Below are positions 17,777 through 25,742 of a stretch of 48,284 nucleotides of DNA, piece after piece (positions within the stretch are counted from its first letter, which is position 1; each line of letters begins with the position of its first letter). Both the position numbers and the translations under genes were made by a program. Origin of the DNA: an uncultured Halobacteriales archaeon (GTDB lineage: Archaea; Halobacteriota; Halobacteria; Halobacteriales; Hikarchaeaceae); the NCBI GenBank assembly GCA_964628745.1, contig CAZVOR010000002.1:1-48284 (forward strand), given 5' to 3'. The notes beneath the pieces were generated by a model that was not told the DNA's origin, did not search any database, and saw only the letters and a program-made list of their open reading frames with translations.

Positions 17777-18403
17777 TCACCGCTCGTCGAGGTACGCCAT
17801 GGCCGCCTCGTCGGACACCTGCTCGAATACCTCGTAGAACTGCCCGACGGCGCCGAAGTGCGGCGGGGTCTCGACGGCGACGACCTCGTCGGCCTCGGCG
17901 TCGAGGGCTTCTATCTCGTCGGGCGGGCCGACCGGGACGGCGAGCACCACGTGCGCCGCGCCGGCGCCGCGAAGCTGCCTGAGACACGCCCTGGCCGTCG
18001 CCCCCGTGGCGATGCCGTCGTCGACGACCACCGCGCGCTTGCCGGCCAGCTCCAGCGGGCCGCGGCCCGCGCGGTACCGTTCGGCCTTCCGGCGGGCCTG
18101 CTCGGCCTCGCGGTCGCCCTCGCGCTCCACGTACGCATCGGGGACGTTCAGCCGTTCGATGAGCTCGTCGTTGAGCCAGCGGCTCCCGTCGCTGGCGACG
18201 GCCCCGATGGCGAGCTCCGGGTTGTCCGGGGCGCCGATCTTCGAGGCGACGACGACGTCCAGCGGCACGCCGTACGCGTCGGCTACGGGCCGGGCGACGG
18301 GGAGCGCGCCGCGGGGGATGCCGAGGACGACGTCGGCCTCGATGCCCTCCTTTCCCAGGAGCTCCGCGAGCTGCTCGCCGGCGTCCGCCCGGTCGCGGAA
18401 CAA
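17777..18403 (-). CDS. Phosphoribosyltransferase family protein
   Basis: The PRPP-binding loop is RAVVVDDGIATGATARA. The N-terminus MFRDRADAGEQLAELL is typical of the family. The only in-frame start that gives this N-terminus is TTG at 18401-18403, and no ATG or GTG alternative exists. Confidence 0.85.
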   Translation of the reverse strand: MFRDRADAGEQLAELLGKEGIEADVVLGIPRGALPVARPVADAYGVPLDVVVASKIGAPDNPELAIGAVASDGSRWLNDELIERLNVPDAYVEREGDREAEQARRKAERYRAGRGPLELAGKRAVVVDDGIATGATARACLRQLRGAGAAHVVLAVPVGPPDEIEALDAEADEVVAVETPPHFGAVGQFYEVFEQVSDEAAMAYLDER

Positions 18404-18529
18404 GGCCGTCTCACCTGCCGTCGCTTCGGCCCGCGAACACTAGTGGTTGACGCCCGACGCCGTCGCGTTCGACGACCGCCACCCGGCGGATGGCCGGACC
18501 GACGGCGGCCACGGCACGGCGGGCGCCCG

Positions 18530-18667
18530 CTAGTCGTAGTCGGAGATACCGAGGACGGAGTCGCACTCCGGACAGGTCCACACCTTCGGGGAGCTGGCGG
18601 CCGGGGCCCGCTCGAGCCGTTCCGCCCAAATCGTGATGTCGGCCTCGCAGTGGGGACAGGTCGCCAT
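18530..18667 (-). CDS. Small zinc-ribbon protein (CPxC...CPxC), 45 aa
   Basis: This is the tail of track ORF 18530..18874: MATCPHCEADITIWAERLERAPAASSPKVWTCPECDSVLGISDYD. It has high GC3. ATG 18676 is an alternative start. Confidence 0.55.
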   Translation of the reverse strand: MATCPHCEADITIWAERLERAPAASSPKVWTCPECDSVLGISDYD

Positions 18668-18872
18668 GCGCCCCATAGCCCCATGGGGCACTTGACTGTG
18701 GCGCCCGAGGGCGGGCCCCGCGCGGCGCGAGGCGGGTCGGCCGCGACGCCGGAGCCGGCCACTGGACCGGATGACGCCGGGAGCCGGGCCCCTCGCCGGC
18801 GGCCGGCCCGCAACGGTCATAAACGGCGGCCCGCCAACCGTCTCCCGTCGTGGCCGACCTGTCCGACCCCCC

Positions 18873-18915
18873 ATCCCGCCGATGACGGCTGACTATCCCG
18901 CCGATGACGGCTGAC
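18873..18915. repeat. Perfect 21-nt direct repeat (ATCCCGCCGATGACGGCTGAC) present twice, with a 22-nt period
   Basis: The copies lie at 18873-18893 and 18895-18915. The second copy contains the ATG (18904) of the Mut7-C gene. The first copy contains an out-of-frame ATG (18882) followed by a stop after 10 codons. Confidence 0.85.
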
Positions 18916-19392
18916 CGAGACGACCGGGACGCCGACGGGGCCGTCCGGCCCGGCACTGACCGGCTGCTGTGCGACCTCATGCTCGGCAAGCTGGCGGTAT
19001 ACCTCCGGCTGTGCGGCTTCGACGCGGCCTACGCCGGCGACCGCGGCGTCGAGGACGACGACCGCCTCCGTCGGCTCGCCCGCGAGGAGGGGCGCATCCT
19101 GCTCTCCCGCGACGCGGAACTGGTCGCCCGCACGGCCGACGCGATACGGCTGACCGAGCTGGACGTCGCGGGCCAGCTGGCGGAGCTCCGGGCGGCCGGC
19201 GTCGAGCTGACCGTCGCCGACCGGCCGTCCCGCTGCGGGCGGTGCAACGCCCCCGTCGAACCCGTCCCGGACGGAGCCAGCCGGCCGGACTACGCGCCGG
19301 CGCCCGGGGAATTCGACTGCTGGCGCTGCACGGCGTGCGGGCAGCACTTCTGGAAGGGGAGCCACTGGGACCGGATGCGGGAGCTGCTCTGA
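18904..19392 (+). CDS. Mut7-C (PIN-like) RNase domain protein with a C-terminal zinc ribbon
   Basis: The segment LLCDLMLGKLAVYLRLCGFDA...ILLSRD matches the Mut7-C core. The C-terminus is CGRCN...CWRCTACGQHFWKGSHW. Confidence 0.8.
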   Translation: MTADRDDRDADGAVRPGTDRLLCDLMLGKLAVYLRLCGFDAAYAGDRGVEDDDRLRRLAREEGRILLSRDAELVARTADAIRLTELDVAGQLAELRAAGVELTVADRPSRCGRCNAPVEPVPDGASRPDYAPAPGEFDCWRCTACGQHFWKGSHWDRMRELL

Positions 19393-19418
19393 GCCCCGGC
19401 GCTCGGCGACGGGTCCCC

Positions 19419-21890
19419 TCACTCGGGCCGGCCCGACGCGAGCCGGTCCACCAGCTCGACGGCCAGCCCCTTCTCGAGCGTCGCGTTCGCGTTCCCGCAG
19501 TGCGGCGACTGGATGCAGGACGGGCATCCGGCCTCGCACGGGCACGCGGCGATCATGTCGCGGGTCTCCCCGAGCAGCGAGCCGATGGCCGCGAAGCCGC
19601 CGCGGGCGAGCCCGACGCCGCCCGGGTGGCCGTCGTGGATGAAGACGGTGCTGCGGCCGGTGTGGGGGTGCCGGTCGGTCGAGAGGCCCCCGACGTCCCG
19701 GCGGTCGCAGAGCAGCTCGAGCGGGAACAGGGAGATGAGCCCGTGCTCGACGGCGTGGAGCGCGCCGAGCAGGCCGTCCTCCTCGTCGCCCGCGGCCCGG
19801 ACGGCTCGCTCGACGGACCGCGGGAGGGCGAAGAACAGCGCCTGCGTCCGCATCGTCGTCTCGGGGAGGGGCGTCGGGAGCGCGACCCGCTCGCCGTCGT
19901 CGTCGGGGCCGCGGTAGCGGACGTAGCTGTCGATCTGCTCCCGGATGGTCACCTCGGCGAGGGTGACCGGGAGCTCCGAGTACGGGTCGACGACCCGCTC
20001 GACCAGTTCCCGCTCGACCGCGACGTCCTTGGCCCGGATGGCGCGGGTGTGATACGTCGCGTCGGTCTCCCGCAGCCGGGCCCGACCGCGGTCTGGCTGG
20101 AGGTCGACCACCTCGTACGTTCGCCCCTGGTGGTAGTAGATGGCGCCCGGATGGGCGTCCCGGAGCGCGTCGGAGAACGGGAGCGTGGCGAGGAGCTCGT
20201 CCCGCGCCCCGTCGACCAGCCGGACCTCCCCCTCCTCGATGGTGCGGAGGTTCGTCGACAGCTGCGGGTTCCCGCCGCCGTCGTAGGTCCACCGGACGCC
20301 GTTCCGCGTGGACCGGCGCTCGAGCTCGCCGCGCTCGCAGAGCGTCGAGACGACCTCGGCGAACCCGTCGCCGAAGTGGGCCTCGTCGTCGGTGGAGAGC
20401 CAGTTCTCCCGGGCCGCACACCGGACGTGGTCGGGCAGCAGCTCCTCGTTGGTCGGATTGACGATGGCCCGCTCGGGTCGCTCCTCGAAGAACGCCGCCG
20501 GGTTGGCCATGAGGTACTGGTCGAGCTGGTCCGGCCCGCCCACGAGCCCGACGAGGCTGGGCTCGGTTCCCCGGCCGGCGCGGCCGGCCCGCTGGTGGGT
20601 CTCCATCCGGGTCCCGGGGTAGCCGTCGAGCAGCACCGCGTCCAGGCTGCCGACGTCGATGCCCAGCTCGAGGGCGTTGGTGCTCCAGACGCCGCGGAGG
20701 CTGCCGTTCTTCAACCGTCCCTCCAGCTCCTCGCGCCGGTCCTGCCCCAGCGCGGCCTGGTAGGCGCCGATCACGCCCGCGAGGTCGTGTTCGCCCCGCC
20801 GGCCGAGCAGCGTCGCCGTGCGGTCGGCGTACCGCTCGGCGGTCTGCCGGGCGTTCGTGAAGACGAGGGTCTGGTAGCCCCGCTGGACGAGGTCGGCCAG
20901 CAGCCGCGCCGTCTCCGGGTGGGGCGAGCGTCGGTTCCCCCCGGCCGGCATCCCGGTGGTCGGGTCGGGGCTCTCGCCGGCCGTCGCCCCGCCGTCCGGA
21001 CGCGTCGCCGACTGCTTCGGCGGCGGGTTCCAGAACAGCCAGTGCCGCGGTCCGGCGGCGCTCGTGTCCTCGTCGACGAGCGCGAACGTCCCCTCGGGCT
21101 GGCCCGTGACGGCGCCGGCGTGCTCGACCGGGTTCCCGATGGTGGCCGAACAGCAGACGTATCGCGGGCTGGCCTCGAAGCGCTCGCAGATGCGGGCGAG
21201 CCGCCGGAGGACCAGCGAGACGTGGCTGCCGAAGACGCCGCGGTACTCGTGGACCTCGTCGACCACGACCAGGTCCAGCGACCGAAAGAAGCGCTCCCAG
21301 AGCCGGTGGGCGTGGGGGAGGATGCCGAGGTGGAGCATGTCCGGCGTGGTCAGGAGGACGTGCGGCTGGTCCGCCCGGATCCGTCGCTTCTCCGAGGACG
21401 ACTGCTGGCCCGTGTACTGGGCGACGGTCACCCGCGGGCCGAAGCCCAGCGAGCCCACGAACGCCTCGAGGGCGGCCTCCTGGTCGTTGATGAGGGCGCG
21501 CATCGGGGCGACGTAGAGCGTGCGACGGCCGGCCTCGAGCGCGCCCTCGACGGCCGGGACGGTGTAGACCAGGCTCTTGCCCGAGGCCGTGGCCGTCGCC
21601 ACGACGACGTTCCGGCCGTCGCGGACGGCGTCGATGGCGTCGGTCTGGTGCCGGTAGAGCCGGTCGATGCCGCGGGCCGCGAGGGCGGCCTCGACCCGCG
21701 GGTGGAGCTCGATATCGCCGTACGTGGCGTCCCGGCCGGGCTCGCGCCGACGGTGCCGGATGCGGCCGTCGGCGTCCCGGCTGGCGGCGAGCTGGTCGAC
21801 GAACGCGTCCACGGAGCCGGGCCTACGGGCGGGGGCCGGAAAACTGCCCGCCATCCGGGCTGAAAGTGTCGGCGCGGCCGGCCGAGCCAT
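19419..21890 (-). CDS. DEAD/DEAH-box helicase with a C-terminal DUF1998/MZB zinc domain (MrfA/YprA-like)
   Basis: The Walker A motif is TATASGKS. The DEVH box is VVVDEVHEY. Motif VI is HQRAGRAGRG. The C-terminal four-Cys cluster is CPCEAGCPSCIQSPHCGNAN. ATG 21854 is an alternative start. Confidence 0.9.
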   Translation of the reverse strand: MARPAAPTLSARMAGSFPAPARRPGSVDAFVDQLAASRDADGRIRHRRREPGRDATYGDIELHPRVEAALAARGIDRLYRHQTDAIDAVRDGRNVVVATATASGKSLVYTVPAVEGALEAGRRTLYVAPMRALINDQEAALEAFVGSLGFGPRVTVAQYTGQQSSSEKRRIRADQPHVLLTTPDMLHLGILPHAHRLWERFFRSLDLVVVDEVHEYRGVFGSHVSLVLRRLARICERFEASPRYVCCSATIGNPVEHAGAVTGQPEGTFALVDEDTSAAGPRHWLFWNPPPKQSATRPDGGATAGESPDPTTGMPAGGNRRSPHPETARLLADLVQRGYQTLVFTNARQTAERYADRTATLLGRRGEHDLAGVIGAYQAALGQDRREELEGRLKNGSLRGVWSTNALELGIDVGSLDAVLLDGYPGTRMETHQRAGRAGRGTEPSLVGLVGGPDQLDQYLMANPAAFFEERPERAIVNPTNEELLPDHVRCAARENWLSTDDEAHFGDGFAEVVSTLCERGELERRSTRNGVRWTYDGGGNPQLSTNLRTIEEGEVRLVDGARDELLATLPFSDALRDAHPGAIYYHQGRTYEVVDLQPDRGRARLRETDATYHTRAIRAKDVAVERELVERVVDPYSELPVTLAEVTIREQIDSYVRYRGPDDDGERVALPTPLPETTMRTQALFFALPRSVERAVRAAGDEEDGLLGALHAVEHGLISLFPLELLCDRRDVGGLSTDRHPHTGRSTVFIHDGHPGGVGLARGGFAAIGSLLGETRDMIAACPCEAGCPSCIQSPHCGNANATLEKGLAVELVDRLASGRPE

Positions 21891-21909
21891 AACGCTCGGT
21901 TAAGGCCGT

Positions 21910-21938
21910 GAACGGTTCCCTGAACGGTTCGAACGCGG
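21910..21938. repeat. Tandem GAACGGTTC palindromic half-site repeat (GAACGGTTC-CCT-GAACGGTTC-GAACGCGG) in the divergent helicase/HalOD1 intergenic region
   Basis: Read directly from the sequence. The 12-mer GGTTCGAACGCG (21926-21937) recurs exactly at 31294-31305. Confidence 0.6.
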
Positions 21939-21986
21939 CTGGATGGTCGGCGGGGTTGAAACGGTCGTCGGCAGTCCGGGAGAGCC

Positions 21987-22313
21987 ATGGACCGACCCGA
22001 CGGGCGGTCCCGACGCTCGCCTGCGGCGGACGCCGAGGAGCCGGCCGGGGACGTGGCCCGCTCCCGGGACGCCCGCGAGGAGTCCGTCTGGGGCGACCGG
22101 CTTCCCTCGAACGCGGTCGCCCTGGCCATCGCCAGCCGGGAGCACGTGGTCGTCGCGGAGCTGCCGCCCATCTACGAGTCGGTCGACTCCGACGGGCTGG
22201 ACGCGTTCCTCCGGAGCGCGCCCGGCGCCAGCGTCACGTTCACCCACTGCGGCTACGAGGTGACGGTGACCGGCCGGGGCAAGGTGGAGCTCCGGCCGCT
22301 CGAGGAGCCCTGA
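21987..22313 (+). CDS. HalOD1 (halobacterial output domain 1)-type small protein
   Basis: The segment PSNAVALAIASREHVVVAELPPIYESVDSDGLDAFL....VTFTHCGYEVTVTGRGKVEL matches the pattern I recall for stand-alone HalOD1 proteins. Confidence 0.7.
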   Translation: MDRPDGRSRRSPAADAEEPAGDVARSRDAREESVWGDRLPSNAVALAIASREHVVVAELPPIYESVDSDGLDAFLRSAPGASVTFTHCGYEVTVTGRGKVELRPLEEP

Positions 22314-22340
22314 CGGGGCGGTCCCGGGGTGGGCGGCAGG

Positions 22341-23282
22341 TCACCGACCGTCCCCCCCGTCCGCCGCCCGTTCGGCGGCGAGCACGACGTTCTCGAGCAG
22401 CGCGGCGATGGTGACCGGGCCCACCCCGCCGGGGACCGGCGTGATGGCGCTCGCCCGCTCGAGCGCGCTCTCGAACTCGACGTCGCCGACCACCTCGTAG
22501 CCCCGCTCGGCGTCGGCGTCACCCGCGCCGGCTGCCGGCCGGCGCGTGGCGCTGATGTCGACGACGACGGCACCGTCGGCGAGCATCGACCCGTCGACGA
22601 GTCCCGGGACGCCGGCCGCGGTCACGACGACGTCGGCCCGCCGCGTGTGGGCGGCCAGGTCGCGCGTCCGGGAGTGACAGACGGTCACCGTCGCGTCGCC
22701 CGACGGGGCGTCGGCCAGCAGGAGGTTCGCGAGCGGCGCGCCGATGACGGGCGACCGGCCGACGACGGTGACGTCCCGGCCCGCCACCGACACGCCGTAC
22801 GACTCGAGCAGCCGGCGGACGGCGCCGGGCGTCGCCGGCACGTACCGCGGGTCGCCCGCCACGAGGCGGCCGAGGTTCTCGGGATGGAAGCAGTCGACGT
22901 CCTTGGCCGGGTCCAGGCGACTCCTGACGTCGAGCGTCGCGACGCGGTCCGGCAGGGGAGCCTGGACGAACACCCCGTGGACGTCCGGGTCGGCGCTCAG
23001 CCCGGCCACGGTGGAGAGGAGGCGCTCGGCGGGTGCGTCCGGGTCGACGCGGCGGTCCCGGCCCTCGATGCCGACGTCGTCGCAAGCGGCGTGTTTGAGC
23101 TCCACGAACCGCCGGTCCCCCGGGTCGTCGCTGGCGAGCACCGTCCCGAGCGTCGGGACGACACCCCGCTCCTCGAGGCGGCGGACGCGGTCGCGCACCG
23201 ACGCCCGCATCTCGGCCGCGACCGGCTCGCCGAGCAGTCGTTCGGCGGGGGACACACGCCGGCCATCGGCGGGGAGGGACAT
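22341..23282 (-). CDS. folD: Bifunctional 5,10-methylene-THF dehydrogenase / 5,10-methenyl-THF cyclohydrolase, paralogue 1 (divergent)
   Basis: The motifs are VQAPLP, DPAKDVDCFHPENLG, VVGRSPVIGAPLANLL, VTVCHSRT and ITPVPGGVGPVT. The substrate-site motif reads FVELKHAAC where FolD normally has YV..K.KA. Confidence 0.9.
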   Translation of the reverse strand: MSLPADGRRVSPAERLLGEPVAAEMRASVRDRVRRLEERGVVPTLGTVLASDDPGDRRFVELKHAACDDVGIEGRDRRVDPDAPAERLLSTVAGLSADPDVHGVFVQAPLPDRVATLDVRSRLDPAKDVDCFHPENLGRLVAGDPRYVPATPGAVRRLLESYGVSVAGRDVTVVGRSPVIGAPLANLLLADAPSGDATVTVCHSRTRDLAAHTRRADVVVTAAGVPGLVDGSMLADGAVVVDISATRRPAAGAGDADAERGYEVVGDVEFESALERASAITPVPGGVGPVTIAALLENVVLAAERAADGGDGR

Positions 23283-23340
23283 GAGTCTGTTTCCCGCCGA
23301 CGCCGCCAGGGTGAAACGCCCGCTAGTCCGTTCGCAAGGC

Positions 23341-23347
23341 GTTTATG
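23341..23347 (+). promoter_or_regulatory. TATA-like box (GCGTTTATGAC)
   Basis: It is centred about 30 nt upstream of ATG 23374. Confidence 0.4.
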
Positions 23348-23373
23348 ACGGCCGGCTGACCCATCGGACAGCG

Positions 23374-24564
23374 ATGCCGGTCCACCACGACGAGGACCTC
23401 CCCGCTGCGCTCGGGATGCTACTCGCGGGGATGCTCGTGCCGGCCCTCGTCGCGGCCGTCGGCCGGGACCTCCTGTCGATGTACCTGTCCGCCCGCGGGT
23501 TCGTCCACGTCTCCGCGGTCGTGTTCGGGGTCGTCGCGTGGGGGCTCATCGAGCGGCTGGACCTCGACCGGACGACTGTCCTCCTCGTCTCCATCGTGGC
23601 GCCGTGGCCCGTCCTGCTCGCGAGCCTCTTCGGCGTCCTCCTGCTCCACCAGGGGGAGCAGGTGCTCGCCGGCCCCGTCGCCGACGTCTTCACCTACCTC
23701 GCCGGGCGGTCCTTCGCCTCGCTCTTCGGCTACGGGGCCGACTTCGCGCTCGCGGGGGTCGGCGCGGTCGCCCTCTCGAAGTGGGCCGACGACCTGGCCG
23801 AGCGCCACGAGCGGGTCCCCGAGCCGCGGACCGTCCTCGCCGCCCTCGGGCTGGCCGCGGTCCTCGTCGGCCTCCTCGTCGGCGGCGCCAACCACGCCGG
23901 CGCGAGCTCGGCCGCGGTCTCGGCGGTCGCGCCCGGGCTCGACGACCGGCGACCGACGCTCGACGTGACGGTCGAGGGCCGCCCGGCCGAACTGCGGGTG
24001 ACGGCCGTCGCCCCGGACGGCACGAGCGCGACGAGGCGACTCTCGCGGGCCGACATGCGAGGAGGCACCGGGACGGCCCGCTTTCCCGTCCGGTTCGGCG
24101 ACGGGACGCCGCCCGGGTACCTGCCCGTCCGGTCCGGGACCTACCGGGTCCGGGTGACCTCGCTCGCCGGGGTGACCGTCGGCGCCGCGGCGCTCGTGGC
24201 GGACGGGCCGGCCGTGTCGATAACGGAGACCGTCGCCGCCTCGGGGCCCCTCACCTGGGACGACCCGCCCCGGGACGTCCACGAGCGGGGGCGGGACGAC
24301 ACGAAGGTCGGCATCGTCGTCGAGAACGGCGGGTCGTTCCACCGGGTCGTCGACGTGACGCTCGACGTGCCGGGTGGCGGCCACCGCCTGCGCGACGTCG
24401 TCCTGGCCCCCGGGGAACGGACCGGTGTCGTCTTCTCCCTCCCGGACGGCGCCGTCGAAGCGGTTCGGACGGAACGCGGCGGGACCGTGACGGCCAGCGT
24501 GGAACCGGTCGACGACCCCGACGGGCCGGTCTCGACCGTGGAGATCGAGCTCCCCGCAGAGTGA
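23374..24564 (+). CDS. Hypothetical membrane protein: an N-terminal polytopic region plus two beta-rich C-terminal modules
   Basis: Internal ATG of track ORF 22744..24564 (MPVHHDEDLPAALGMLLAGMLVPALV...). There are about 6 hydrophobic helices. After them come repeat-like segments (RVTAVAPDGT...YRVRVTSLAGV and VVDVTLDVPGG...TVTASVEPV) that suggest Ig-like or beta-sandwich domains. Confidence 0.65.
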   Translation: MPVHHDEDLPAALGMLLAGMLVPALVAAVGRDLLSMYLSARGFVHVSAVVFGVVAWGLIERLDLDRTTVLLVSIVAPWPVLLASLFGVLLLHQGEQVLAGPVADVFTYLAGRSFASLFGYGADFALAGVGAVALSKWADDLAERHERVPEPRTVLAALGLAAVLVGLLVGGANHAGASSAAVSAVAPGLDDRRPTLDVTVEGRPAELRVTAVAPDGTSATRRLSRADMRGGTGTARFPVRFGDGTPPGYLPVRSGTYRVRVTSLAGVTVGAAALVADGPAVSITETVAASGPLTWDDPPRDVHERGRDDTKVGIVVENGGSFHRVVDVTLDVPGGGHRLRDVVLAPGERTGVVFSLPDGAVEAVRTERGGTVTASVEPVDDPDGPVSTVEIELPAE

Positions 24565-24673
24565 CACCCGCGACCGGCGAGCGGCGGTCTCCGGACCGAC
24601 GCCCCTGCGGCCGGCTCCGGGGCGACTCGATGCTCAAGGGTTTTCCCGGTGGGCCGTGAGGCCCCGGCATCGG

Positions 24674-25666
24674 ATGGCATCGGGACGGCGGACGGCGGCC
24701 GCGCTGGAGCTGGGCGGACTCCGGGACCGACCGGTCGACTGGCTCCTGCTGACGGGCAGCCGCCTCTGGGTCGCAACCGGCCTCCTCGTGGTCGTCGCCA
24801 CCGTCGTGTGGGGCACCGTCCTCACGGGGCTGGCGCCACTGACGGAGCGGACGCCGCTACTGTTCCTGCTCTTCGCGCTCGTAAGCGGCAACGTCACGCT
24901 CATCACCATCGTCGTCTCCATCAGCCAGTTCGTTCTCTCGCGCCACCTGGAGTCACCGGGGGAGATCCGCGAGCAGCTGCGCGAGCTGGTCGGCTACCGG
25001 GAGGAGGTGGTCGAGGCCACGGGCGCGCGGGTCCTCCCCGTGACGCCCGGCGGCTTCCTGACGCTGCTGTTCCGGAGCGTCGAGGACGACGTGGACGCCC
25101 TGCGGGGCCACGAGTGGCAGGCCACCGAGGGACTCCTTCGCGAGGACCTGGAGCCGCTCGTCTCGGACCTCGCGGTGCACGTCCGGGACGTGGCCCGGCT
25201 GCTGGAGCACGGCGACACGGGGGTCCGGTACGCCCTGTTCGCGACCCTCGATACGAACTACTCCCGGTACTTCTACGGCATCTACCGCGTTCGAGCGGCC
25301 CACGGGGAGGACCTGCCCCCGTCGGTCGAGACCACCCTGGCCCGGCTGGAGCGCCACGTCGAGCAGGTGGACGTCGCGCGGCGGTACTTCAAGACCGTCC
25401 TCATCCAGTCCGAGCTGGCGTCGCTGTCGCGGACGCTGCTCTACATCGGCCTCCCGGTGCTGGTCGCGACGGTGGTGCTCACCCTGCTGTTCACCAACCC
25501 CGCCGAGCCGCCCGTCTCCCGGCCGGTGCTCGCGGTCGTCATCCCGGCGGTGGTGACGGCGGGCTTCGCCCCGCTGGTGCTGCTCGCCGCCTACATCGTC
25601 CGGCTGGCGACGGTCGTCGAACGGACCGCCGCGATGTACCCCTTCACCACCCGGTACGAGCCGTGA
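24674..25666 (+). CDS. Hypothetical membrane protein (2 TM, a helical soluble domain, then 2-3 TM)
   Basis: The track ORF begins with GTG at 24656, but I prefer ATG 24674 (MASGRRTAAALE...), which has a TTTT box at 24641-24644 about 30 nt upstream. I recognise no family. Confidence 0.65.
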   Translation: MASGRRTAAALELGGLRDRPVDWLLLTGSRLWVATGLLVVVATVVWGTVLTGLAPLTERTPLLFLLFALVSGNVTLITIVVSISQFVLSRHLESPGEIREQLRELVGYREEVVEATGARVLPVTPGGFLTLLFRSVEDDVDALRGHEWQATEGLLREDLEPLVSDLAVHVRDVARLLEHGDTGVRYALFATLDTNYSRYFYGIYRVRAAHGEDLPPSVETTLARLERHVEQVDVARRYFKTVLIQSELASLSRTLLYIGLPVLVATVVLTLLFTNPAEPPVSRPVLAVVIPAVVTAGFAPLVLLAAYIVRLATVVERTAAMYPFTTRYEP

Positions 25667-25742
25667 GCCGCCGGCGCGGCTGCGTCACACGCCACCACCC
25701 CACACAGAACCGTTATGGGTCAGCGAACTGTCGTTACACCCA

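Noticed and set aside
19419-21890. The DUF1998 helicase as part of a DISARM- or Druantia-like defence system.
   Set aside because: The helicase and the DUF1998 domain are fused in a single YprA/MrfA-like protein. No methyltransferase, PLD nuclease or other defence-island genes flank it. The neighbours are housekeeping-type genes.
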